This document shows, piece after piece, positions 34,440 to 45,465 of a stretch of 64,000 bases of DNA; the stretch's first letter is position 1, and every line of letters begins with the position of its first letter. The notes under the pieces were generated by a model. It was not told the origin of the DNA and did not search any database. It was given only the letters and a program-made list of their open reading frames with translations. Source of the stretch: Azolla caroliniana (Eukaryota > Plantae > Polypodiophyta); NCBI GenBank assembly GCA_043228905.1, contig JBHGNT010000022.1:868001-932000 (forward strand). Reading direction: 5' to 3'. A program made the position numbers and the translations under genes.

Positions 34440-37112
34440 ATGAGTGAAGACTCACCGTTCTCGATTGAAGAATATTGTTTGTCATCAAACTCTTCGTTTT
34501 CTATCGAAGAGTATTGTCTATCGACAGACTTACCATTTTCTATCGAAGAATATTGTTTGTCGACAGACTCACCCATTTCTATCGAAGAGTATTCTCTGAG
34601 CTCATCTTCACCTACAACACATGTGAATAATGACACATGTGAAGAGTTCTCTATTGAAGAATACGATATTAATAAAGATACGGAGAATGAAGGTAGTGCT
34701 AATGAAACATTGAACATCATGGGCGATGGTCACAACAAAGAATTGGATTGTAACAAGGTTACACCAACTTCTATGCAGGAAGAAAAATCTGGAAGCCTTA
34801 TGCATATTAGAAGAATCCCACGTAGAATTCGTCTGGCCAGATTTAACTTGGTGACATCAGATAAGCATATTGGATTTGATGTCAACAAAATATGTTGTGC
34901 TAGTGGTTGTATGTCTATGATTGGAAAATCAAAGTTGCGAGAACTAAGGCGATACTATTTTTCGATGACTGGTGATAAGCAAGACGCTTACCTCGGGTCA
35001 CATATGCAACTAGTGTCTGACAAATATACGGGGATCAAAGTATCATTCGAGTATTATATCTTCCATGCGCAACAGATATGTAGAGTTGCATTCAAAATTG
35101 CGTTATGTGTTAGTAACATGCGACTACATAGAGTACAACGTCTACTTAGGGGGGATCAGATGCTCAATTGTAAAGAGGTTCCAAGTATGAAAGGTGCAAT
35201 TGGAAGACATGCTATTGGTTGGATGAAAAGTTATATTCAGTTAAATTGTGAAGTAATGCCCACTACAGGTAGGATGCATCTCTCTGATAATTACACACGT
35301 TAGGAAGTTTATGATGTCTATTGATCTGATATGGTGGGCTCACGTAATAAATCTGTCACATATAGCCAATTCACAAGATTATGGAGAGCTCGGTTTTCAA
35401 ATGTTATCATTCCACGTAAAGTATGCATGGGGTATTGCTCCATTTGTGCAAATCTTAAAAGTTTGGCTAAAGGTGCAAAGACATCAATGGAAAAGGATAT
35501 GAGTAAGAAGTTACTACAAGAGCATCGTGAGGCACAATCGTTAGAATGAAAGAAGGCGATGCATCATAGAGAGAAGTTTTTGAAGAGGCCCGAACAATAC
35601 ATGTGCTTAATGATAGATGGCATGGACCAGAAGAAGACGTGCTTGCCGCATATGCGGAGCCTCCCCAAAGACGTCAATGATGAGTGCCTTGTTCAAATGC
35701 ACTTGGTGGGATGCTTGGCTTATAATAGGTCTGTTGGACTTCACATCTTCATTACATACCCCAATGTTCACAATGACCCTAACCTAACAGTTACAATGAT
35801 TCACCGAGTTTTGATGTGGGGCCAACCTTTGCCCCCTGTTCTATACATTCAATTGGACAATATTGCTAGAGAGAACAAAAATTCAATTGTGTTTGGCTAT
35901 CTAAGTATATTGGTCAACCAAGGATTGTTTAGAAAAGTGAAAGTCAATTTTCTTTTGGTTGGCCACACACATGATCATATAGATAAGATGTTTAGCACAT
36001 TCTCCAAACAGTTGTCTCGGCATGATGCTTTCACATTACCTAAACTATTTGATGTCATTTGTGATGCATATACACCACGCCCAAAAGTGTTACACTTGAA
36101 GGAGGTATATGACTTTAAGAGATATATATCAGATGGGGGTGTTGGGAATGTTAAAGTGCTTGCCCAGTTAAACAATATAAGCTTCAATCACATTTTTATG
36201 ATAAAGAAAAATGGAATAAGTGGTTCTACGCTTTTGTATGCTAAACAATATTCATCTTCTACAACATGGGAACTTGAAGGTGGTTGCCAGTTATTACTTT
36301 GTATACCGAGTACAATTGTCCATGGAGCTAACCAAATGCCAATTGAGAAGAAAGGATAGTTGCATAGTGACTTGGTATCGGAACAAAAACAATTATGGCT
36401 CCAAGCCTTAGAAGAAAAAGGAAAGCATATTAAGCCCGCCAAGAAATATGCCACACAACAAGACATGTCATGGTGGGATGTATTTTTTAGTGATCAGAAA
36501 GGAATTATAGACAATTGTGTATTTGGTGATAATTGGAATTTGGAAACACCATTCACATGGTCGCTACAACATGATCATGTAAATAAAACTCCAGAGCAAC
36601 CAACAAATGCGATTAATGACAGTTTGGTCCATCCACAACAAAGAGACATTTATGTGGGACCAAGGATGACCAAAGCAACCGAAGCTAGATGGCAAGGCAA
36701 TTTGCAAGAGCTCGTGGCAGGGATGTTGCTTACAACGCCGGTTGATGAGAACTCACATGGCCACCAATTTTGGGTTGGTAAAATTCTAGAAGTGCTAATG
36801 CATGAAATAGAAAACACGATCAAGTCTATAAACGTTCATTGGTGCAACACTAGAAGTGCAAATGCTTTTACAGGTAAGTATACATTGGAGATGATTGAAT
36901 GCCCAACGACAAGGGGAGGTAGGAAGAGGAAGCGAAACATTCATAACACCTCGACCCTTGATATCTCTGATGTGCATATCATCGTGTACGACTTCACGCT
37001 TACAAAAGACGAAAGATTAAGGAAGTCAACAATAGATACAATAAAAGAAAAATTACCAGGTCTACAAGGTGGCTCGAGTCGAAGGCAAACGAGATCTGCT
37101 ACATATAACTAG
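34440..37112 (+). pseudogene. Sola1-like DDD transposase (about 890 codons, in-frame stops only) with C-terminal Tudor/SH3-like extension
   Basis: ORFs starting 34440, 35331, 35559, 36360 share one frame. CC..C, ICRVAF, SQFTRLW, CSIC..H; catalytic-type motifs IDGMDQ, LYIQLDN..RENKN, FLLVGHTHDHIDKMFS. Superfamily call is from motif recall, not a search. Confidence 0.82.
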
Positions 37113-37207
37113 AGTCAAACCATTTGGTTTATGACGAAGATAATGCATAGTTGATTGGTACATCCGAGGATGACGAGGATGAATCATCATAGTATATTAG
37201 TTATAGT

Positions 37208-37616
37208 TGTCAGAACCAAGGATAAAAGATAGAGTGATGGAAGAATGATAGAGAAGAATGGATGTATAAGATAGAGAAAGAAAGAGAATGGATACAAGAT
37301 ATGTAATGAGAGCTAAAGACTGGTGTTGATTCGAATTGATTTGAGAATACATGTATGCGCTTATTTATAGGTTCCTATAGAATAGCTTAGAGATTTCTAG
37401 AATGTTCTAGAATGTTCTAGACCTAGAATGCTCTAGGACATTCTAGAACATTCTAGAATAATCTACAGTTTTTACAATAATCAATGTAATACAAGAAGTA
37501 GCTTTTATTGTTTCATATAACAATAAGCTATCTTAATGGTTGAGGTTTTCAAGTATGAATTACAAGGTTCGAGGTTCAAGTCCGGGTGACGCCATAATGG
37601 TCATGTGTTCATGACA
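37208..37616 (-). repeat. 3' LTR of E
   Basis: TGTCA...TGACA termini. Confidence 0.96.
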
Positions 37617-40600
37617 CTATCCCTCCTTCGAGAACGCTGAGTGGAAGTCGGCGTTAACATTGTTGGGCCGGGCTTGTTTGGATAGTGACGATGGAAGTCG
37701 TTGACCAGAGCTTCAGCATTACAAACGTTATCGATGGGTTCCCAAGTGCGATCACTCGGAGGATAACCAAGCCAATCAACTAGATAATAAAGCTTATTGC
37801 GCACAATCTTAGAATCGAGAATAGCAGCTACCTCGTATTCGGGGCCATCCACAAGTTGTATAGAAGGCGGTGGTGGCACGACACGATTAGGAATTAAAGA
37901 GGTGTGGCAAGGTTCCAAAAGAGAGCTATGAAAGACAGGGTGAAGCCACATATGTGCAGGAAGGTTAAGACGAAATGTTGCATCATTAATCTTCGCCGTG
38001 ATGACAAAAGGACCTAAGCGTTGATAGTCAAGCTTAGCACACGGTCGGGTAGTCTTGATGTGACGACGAAGCAACCATACATGGTCACCAACCTTAAACA
38101 GAGACTTAAGACGATGTCGATCGGCATTGGTCTTATGGTGTGCTTGCGCTTTCTGAAGATGTGACGATAACTCAAACTGGATTTGTTGTAGTCGGTGGAG
38201 GTGATGCGCCGCACTAGGGTTTCGTGACACCTCGGGAAGATCCAGTATACACCATCGAGGGTGGTTGCCGGTGTAGGCAAAGAAAGGTGTAACTTTGGTA
38301 GAAGAGTGGACCGTGTTGTTGTATGCAAACTCGGCAAGATGTAAAATTTTACTCCAATCATCTTTTTGATAACTAATGAAACATCGAAGATATTGCTCGA
38401 GCGTTTGATTTGTGCGCTCTGTTTGTCCGTCAGTTTGTGGATGATAAGCCGAAGAGAGTTTGCAAGAGATTTTGAGGCCTGCCCATAGGTGCTTCCAAAA
38501 GTGTGAGATAAATTGAGGACCTCGATCGCTAATAATATCATTCGGGAGACCATGATGGCGAAACACTTCACGCATAATGAGATCTGCAGTTTCTTCACTA
38601 TTGATGGTCTTTACACATGGTACAAAATGTGCCATCTTGGTGAACCGATCCACTACTGTTAAAATAGTATCAAAGCCTTTGGAAGGTGGCAGATCCGTAA
38701 TGAAATCCATAGAAATAAACTGCCATGGCTTGTTGGGAGGGGGTAATGGTTGTAGTAAGCCATAAGGGTGATGCCGGGGTATTTTGGCGCGACAGCAAGT
38801 GTCACAAGTGCGAACATAATCTTCGACAAATTTTTGCAAGTGAGGCCACCAAAATGAATGCTTCACCAGCTCAATGGTCTTGGAAATACCAAAATGTCCA
38901 GCCATGGGGGCATCATGACAATGTTCCAACACTTGAAGTCGGGGTGATCCGTCGGGGACGTAAAGGAGATTCTTGTAGAAGAGTAAACCATCTTGCCACT
39001 TGAAGTCCTGATAATGTTGAGATGACCCTGGCAATGTGGAGCAAGATGGACGACTTGAACCACAGTGGGCTAAGACATCCTTAGCAAAATCATCCGAATG
39101 AAGTTGTTGCTGAATAGTGTCAAGAAGGGTAGAATCAAGTGGTGTGGCATAAATTGTTGTTACCTGTAGCTTTGATGGCCCGAGGAGAGTTTGCTTTTGA
39201 TTGTCAAAGGCCGGATCTCCAGGTCGAAGGGCTAGATATGAACGCCGAGACAGAGCATCTGCTTTCCCTTGTTGTTTTCCGGGGCGAAAAATGATCTTGA
39301 AATCGAAACGCGTTAGAAATTGGGCCCACCGAGCTTGTCGTCTATTTAATACTCGAGCTGTTTGAAAATATGTGAGATTTTTGTGATCACTATAAATGAT
39401 AATCTGATGAGGTGATCCTTCTAGAAAATGACGCCATTGCTCGAATGAGTCGACCACACCTAGTAACTCCTTGTCATGCACCTCATAGTTTATCTCCGAA
39501 ACAATAAACTTTCTCGAGTGAAACGCGACTGGATGTATCTACCCGTCCTCGCCTGGTTGCGATAGGATACTCCCCAATGCAAAGTCTGATGCATCCGCCT
39601 CAATAGTAAATGGCTTTTCAGGATCAATATGTGCTAGGATGGGTGCTGATGTGAATGCCTCTTTCAGCTGCGTAAAAGCCTTGTCTGCTTCGATACTCCA
39701 AAAAAATGCTTGATTTTTCTTGGTGAGTTGAGTAAGGGGCAACACAATGCTTGAATAATTATGTATGAATTTGCGATAGAAGTTCGCAAATCCGAGGAAA
39801 CACTGGACATCCCGAACTGAGCATGGGGGTTTCCATTCCAATATTGTTTGGACTTTTGCCGGGTCCATGAAAACACCCTGGGATGAAATAGTGTATCCCA
39901 AAAATTCAACTTGTTTGCAATCAAAACTGCATTTCTCAAGTTTGGCGTAAAGACCATACTTAGGCGTTCAAGTACTTGCCGCACATGTATATCATGCTCC
40001 CCCTGTGTTTTAGAGTAAATCAATAGATCATCTAGGTAGATGATTAGAAAAATATCCAAGAAATCCCGGAAGATGTCATTTGCCATATGTTGGAATACGG
40101 CAGGTGCATTTGTGAGCCCGAAAGGCATGACTGTATACTTGAAATGACCATACCGAGTACGAAATGTTGTTTTCCACTCATCTCCCGGCCGAATTCGAAC
40201 AAGATTATATGCACCCCTTAGATCAATTTTGGTAAAATGCTTTGCCCCACCAATGCGTTCTAAGAGATTGGAGATTAAAGGTAAAGCATACCTATTCCTT
40301 ATGGTGACTTTATTTAAGCCTTGATAGTCCACGAACAAACGAAGGGAGCCGTCCTTTTTCTTCACAAAAAAGATAGGAGCACCAGTTGGAGACTTTGAAT
40401 GTCGAATAAACCCATGTGCAAGATTTTCCTCGATGTATTCTCGAAGAACCTCAAGCTCAGTGGGTGATAAATTGTAAATCAGACCCCACGAAGGCTCTTT
40501 TCCTGGTTGGAGATCAATAGGACAATCGTACGGCCGATGCTTTGGAAGAACACTAGCTTTGACTTTGTCGAGAACATCAACATAGTCTTGATATTTTTTG

Positions 40601-41265
40601 GGAATTTGGATGTCTGAATTCCCTTGAGTGACACTAGAAGGTGTCACTGATACTGCAAATAAGAAAAGGTCCTCCTTGCCTCCCACTTGGTGCAATTGAT
40701 GCAATGTGATGGCTGAAATTCGATGAGAAGGATATGGTGCATCGGTAGAACTATATACTTTGGGAGGATAATCCCGAGTTCGATCCTTGAGAATGATATT
40801 TTCTGCTAAAGGGCACCTAATTTCTCGCTTCCTCCAATCGATTCTAGGGTTATGTAGCTCGAACCATGGCAAACCGAGGACAATTGGATGCTCAGGACTA
40901 CGGATTATGTTAAAGGAAACTACACATCCTAAATCACCCAAGAGTATGTGTATTGGCTCAGACTCTTCAAATATCTTCCCGGAAGCTATGGGGCGTCCAT
41001 CAATCACTACTACGTAAATTGGACAAGGAAGTGTATGCAAGGATATTTGGTGTTTTTGGGCAAAATCTCTATCCATGAAACAAGAATTGGCTCCAGTATC
41101 TAAGAGGGCTTGGACTTGAAGTTGACAACTGGGTGTCCTAACTTGTACTAGGGCTGAGAAGACTCTACTAACATGCTTGGAAGAAATGGAACCCACACTA
41201 GGTTGTACATATCTAGGGTTGTCCAACCAAATGGCTCCTATTTTGGCCGGACTTATTCGTTTGAC
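37601..41265 (-). pseudogene. pol: pol of E (PR-RT-RH-INT-chromodomain); a frameshift near 39960 and a stop at 39539
   Basis: ALLDTGANSCF, YLDDLL, EADASDF, HDAPMAGHFG..CDTC, SMDFITDLP, PEYEVAAILDSK..YLVDWLGY. Confidence 0.95.
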
Positions 41266-42416
41266 TCCTCTTCTAATTGGCTTAGGACTTCAAATTTATT
41301 GGACAAGGGTGGATTATTCATAATATTAGATTCACTAACTACTTCTAAAATGTTGGACTCATTTTTATTGTCATAGTGAATTTGATTTACCTGATGTCTC
41401 GGCCTACGGGAGCAATGAATGGCTATATGTCCTGGACCTCCACAATATAAGCACAGATGGTTTCCTCGACGACGTTGCTTCTCTTTGTCTGACAACGGTC
41501 TTCGTCGTTGAGTCATATCGATCTCCATGGGTGTAGGACTATCCATTGGGACTGGACTACGTGTTTGCCTTGGAGTTGGAGCAGGGCTATACATTTGCCT
41601 TGGGGATGATTGCGCCGTTATTGATGCATAAGTTGGTGTGAATCTAGATCTTGTTATTTGTTGTTGTCGCTCACATCGACGCTCAAAAAGGCGATTATCA
41701 CACCGTATTGCTCGACTAATAGCTTCTGTAAGTGACCTTGGATCCTCGGGGAAGGTAAGAAGTAAGTCTTTGACATCACTACGAAGGCCTGAACGGAATT
41801 GCTCCATTAGGGCTTGTTCATCCCAAGGAATATCGCTTGCGATGAGATGGAAATTGGCAACATATGTTGAAGCTGGTTGATCACCTTGACGAAGTGTACG
41901 AATCTTGTTGATAGCTGTTCTCGCCCCATCAGTATCTCCGAAACAAGCCTTAAATTCCTTGATAAATTCCTCGAAATTATTCAGTAGAGGAGAATTGGTC
42001 TCTAGCAATGGAGCAAACCACGACAACGCTATGCCAGTCAATAAAGTGCCCACTAGCCCGACTCGTGATGCATCTGTTGGATAACGTGCGGGATGCATTT
42101 GAATCACCAACCGTACTTGATTCAAAAAACCTCGGAAATGCGCCCTCGACCCATCAAATTTAGCTGGGAGGCTAATTTTGGGCTCCTTGATAAGTCCATG
42201 ACCTTCAACCCTTTGTTGTTGTAACACGACGATTGTCGACTCTAACTGTTGCACTCGTCGCGTGAACTCCTCTTGTTGTTGTTGCTTCTCTATAGTAACC
42301 TTTTGTAGATCCCCAAGTAGACGTTGATTCTCTACTTCAAGAGATGCGAACTTGGATTTAAGGTTCTCCATTTCTGCAACAAGGGTGAGATATTCTTCTG
42401 AGTTAATGGCAGCCAT
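41253..42416 (-). CDS. gag: Intact gag of chromovirus E
   Basis: 387 aa: coiled coil, PAKFDGSR capsid region, CLYCGGPGHIAIHC knuckle. Confidence 0.95.
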   Translation of the reverse strand: MAAINSEEYLTLVAEMENLKSKFASLEVENQRLLGDLQKVTIEKQQQQEEFTRRVQQLESTIVVLQQQRVEGHGLIKEPKISLPAKFDGSRAHFRGFLNQVRLVIQMHPARYPTDASRVGLVGTLLTGIALSWFAPLLETNSPLLNNFEEFIKEFKACFGDTDGARTAINKIRTLRQGDQPASTYVANFHLIASDIPWDEQALMEQFRSGLRSDVKDLLLTFPEDPRSLTEAISRAIRCDNRLFERRCERQQQITRSRFTPTYASITAQSSPRQMYSPAPTPRQTRSPVPMDSPTPMEIDMTQRRRPLSDKEKQRRRGNHLCLYCGGPGHIAIHCSRRPRHQVNQIHYDNKNESNILEVVSESNIMNNPPLSNKFEVLSQLEEESNE

Positions 42417-42441
42417 GGTTTCAGGATGGTTACAAAGGAGG

Positions 42442-42488
<47 letters not shown>

Positions 42489-42496
42489 AATCAAAC

Positions 42497-42905
42497 TGTC
42501 AGAACCAAGGATAAAAGATAGAGTGATGGAAGAAGGATAGAGAAGAATGGATGTATAAGATAGAGAAAGAAAGAGAATGGATACAAGATATGTAATGAGA
42601 GCTAAAGACTGGTGTTGATTCGAATTGATTTGAGAATACATGTATGTGCTTATTTATAGGTTCCTATAGAATAGCTTAGAGATTTCTAGAATGTTCTAGA
42701 ATGTTCTAGACCTAGAATGCTCTAGGACATTCTAGAACATTCTAGAATAATCTAGAGTTTTTACAATAATCAATGTAATACAAGAAGTCGCTTTTATTGT
42801 TTCATATAACAATAAGCTATCTTAATGGTTGAGGTTTTCAAGTATGAATTACAAGGTTCGAGGTTCAAGTCCGGGTGACGCCATAATGGTCATGTGTTCA
42901 TGACA
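42497..42905 (-). repeat. 5' LTR of E
   Basis: TGTCA...TGACA termini; followed on the minus strand by GTTTGATTTGAATT and (CT)n. Confidence 0.96.
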
Positions 42906-43257
42906 ATAGTAGTGATTCTCCGTAAAGGAGTGATTATGAATGTATTTTTGGCTATTAAGTGTAACTACATTCCGCTTGTAACAAATCGAGTAATATAAAA
43001 GCATGTGTTTTGAATTCTTATGATTTCTAAAAAATCGTTTCTTATAAAATAACATTGGTTGTAAAGTATGTGATATAAATTGAGAATGTAACTTTTTGAA
43101 ATTCCTCTTCATTTATTTATTTCTAAATCACGAAAATAGTGGATTTTTAACCTTTTTCATAGTATATTTGAACATGTATGATACTGGTATCAATGTGTTT
43201 TGTAAAATCATTGAAAAAGTACTAAAATAAACCAAAATCTTCCTTATCCTTCCATTT

Positions 43258-43293
43258 ATGCGCGATCCTTCGACTTGTGAACGCGAACGTGTT
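43258..43293 (-). repeat. Right TIR ATGCGCGATCCTTCGACTTGTGAACGCGAACGTGTT
   Basis: Pairs with the left TIR; lies exactly where the gypsy RT resumes. Confidence 0.9.
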
Positions 43294-43709
43294 GAAGGTA
43301 CAATCGAACTAGCATTTCTCACTTTTGGCATAGAGGCCGTGCTCCCGAGGTTTAGCAAGAACTAATTGGACTTGGCGAGTGTGCTCCACCATGTTTGAAG
43401 AAAGAGGAGAATATCATCAAGGGAGATGACCACGAAATGATCGAGATATTCCTGGAATATATCATTCATCATATGTTGAAAAATAGTTGGGGCATTAGTA
43501 AGGCCGAAAGGCATTACCTTGTATTCGAAATGCCCATACCGTGTTCGGAATGCGGTTTTCCACTCATTACTGGGCTTGATGCGTACTAGATTGTACGCAC
43601 CACGTAGATCAAATTTAGAGAAGATTCGCGCAACGTAGAGCCGGTGGAGGAGTTCAGGAATCTGAAGGAGCAGATAGTGGTTAGTTTGTTTAGACCCCGG
43701 TAGTCTATC
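43294..43709 (-). pseudogene. pol: Chromovirus C RT, continuation beyond the TIR transposon; truncated upstream
   Basis: [41 protein letters not shown] joins in frame to LIEFLGY at 17267 when the TIR element and one TSD copy are removed. Confidence 0.9.
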
Positions 43710-43812
43710 AGAGTGACCTTGTTGTCTGGCGGCAATGAACATTAGAAAGTTGAGAAGAGAAGCTATCTAGCTAAGAGAAAAGACTAGGCCAACAACATCT
43801 ACTTTCTAAAGA

Positions 43813-44300
43813 ATGGTGACAGAATCCGACACACATTTGGAAATCCGGAAGTTCGATGGGAAGAACTTCCCCCTATGGAAAGAGATGATGCAAGATGTGC
43901 TAATCATCTGAAGACAAGTTGAAGCCATCCAACATAGCACCAAGCCGGCTTCAATGTTTGTTGAAAAGTGGAGATTGATGGAAGAAATCACGCATTCTAC
44001 CATTTGGATGCACCTAGTTGAAAATGTTTATTTCAGCATGGCAAAGGAGATGAAAAAGTTCTCGTTGGGGGAGAAGTTATAGGCCGTGTACGAGAAAAAA
44101 TCCTCCTCGTCGAAACTCATATTGATCTGACAGTTGCTCAATATGAAGATGAGTGAGATGGATCAAGAAACCTCCCACATCAACAACTTCAGCCAGGTGT
44201 TGTTTGAACTCTCCTCCCAAGGGATTACCTTCGAAGAAGAAGTTAAGGCCCTTGCCCTCCTTTTGAGCTTGGCGGCGAGTTAGGAGGTATCCACCACTCG
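43813..44300 (+). pseudogene. gag: Copia gag fragment
   Basis: MVTESDTHLEIRKFDGKNFPLWKEMMQDVL..HINNFSQVLFEL..KALALLLSL; PBS remnant TATCAGAG at about 43707. Confidence 0.8.
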
Positions 44301-44409
44301 ATTGAGCCAGTCGGAAGAGCAAGCCGAAGCACCAGTTAGTCGAGAAAGTGTGGGGTGTGGTGTTCGAATATGTGCGGAAGTATGTATGAGGACCTGCCTT
44401 GTTATGCTC

Positions 44410-45340
44410 AGCGAACAACACAGAAAGGGGTCCTTATCCAAGGGGACATAGTTCCTGAACAATTTTTGAGCACATGCAGTTATTGTTCCTAAATAAACAA
44501 TCGTAAATGCGTAAGTAAGAAAACAAAGTCGAGAAAATAAAATTTATGTTCCAGAGAATAAGTCGAGCACCCAATAATTAGGGTTGGAGAACAACTCAAC
44601 CAATCAATTTATTAAACGTTGGGGCTTTTAGTACGGGTTAACTAGACACTGGTCGCCAGAAACATGGCGTAACTTCTTCGTCACAGTTGGACACATGATA
44701 TAATTTACGACGTTTCGCTCATTCACATGTGCCCGAGCCTTCTTCTTAGAAATTGCGTCATAGTACCCCATGCACAAATGCTCCACAATGCTCACCATTC
44801 AATCGCCCGGGGTACGAGTTATATTCGTCTTAACCCTATATGTAATGGAATGAAAATACGTCAATATCTATATAGTAAGTACAATTGCAACCATACATAA
44901 AATAGAAACAACCTAAACCTTACAATTGGATGTGTTAAGTTCCATGGCATCTCGACTTTAATGCAGTTGTGACCAATAAAGTCTGATCCATACTATGAAA
45001 TATCACAATTCGCCACAATGGAGCCAGGGTAAGCTCTAAAAAGTCCTTCACCATCTTTTCTATCTGAGGATGTTTATAAGGCACGTCGTCGTATGTAGAC
45101 CCCGTTATTGGTATGTCCGCGACGAGCAATGTATAATGCCTCTTGGGTAATATGTCAAGCATATTACCCACATCACCATTGTATACACTATAATACAATT
45201 GGCGGAAAGGATTAGCCTTGTGTAGAAAACTCTTCACTTTATCCGAGTATTCGGGCACCTCTAGCTCCTTTCTTTTCGTCATTCACTTTTTGTGCTCTAT
45301 GCTCTTGTGCTCTTGGGCTGCTTCAACACGATAATGGCAA
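44410..45340 (-). pseudogene. Beta-class DNA methyltransferase remnant, copy 2
   Basis: YYSVYNGDV..LLVADIP..WRIVIFHSMDQ; TKKLRHV..LVNPY*K.PQRL..WVLDLFSGT; GTITACAQKLFRNYVPLDKD. Introns at about 44923-44836 and 44546-44489, same positions as copy 1. Confidence 0.85.
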
Positions 45341-45465
45341 TGAGAAGATGACTTTACCTTATATAATAATTTTTTTTTTTCAAAATTACTTTTAAATATC
45401 ACTTATTATAGAAGAAAATTTTGAACTATTTTCGACTCATTTGATCTTAGTTAGCCTTAGTTGAG

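Larger units (their letters stand above)
37208..42905 (-). mobile_element. Young full-length chromovirus E inserted just 3' of the transposase
   Basis: 409-bp LTRs 37208-37616 and 42497-42905 with about 4 differences; TSD ATAGT; PPT GAAGGAGGGATAG. Confidence 0.97.
17268..43293. mobile_element. TIR DNA transposon, Sola1-like, carrying ParB-like/DNA-methyltransferase cargo; about 10.2 kb net of nested LTR elements
   Basis: 36-bp TIRs 34/36 identical; flanks CAAG / GAAG; removal restores host RT frame FDCTLIEFLGY; internal transposase and cargo genes. Confidence 0.88.

Noticed and set aside
37529-37594. Functional tRNA genes in LTRs or at 33049-33107
   Set aside because: Acceptor and anticodon stems do not pair; kept only as tRNA-like promoter motifs.
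44300-44410. Left TIR of transposon copy 2
   Set aside because: No sequence complementary to 62034-62069 found; the end appears deleted.
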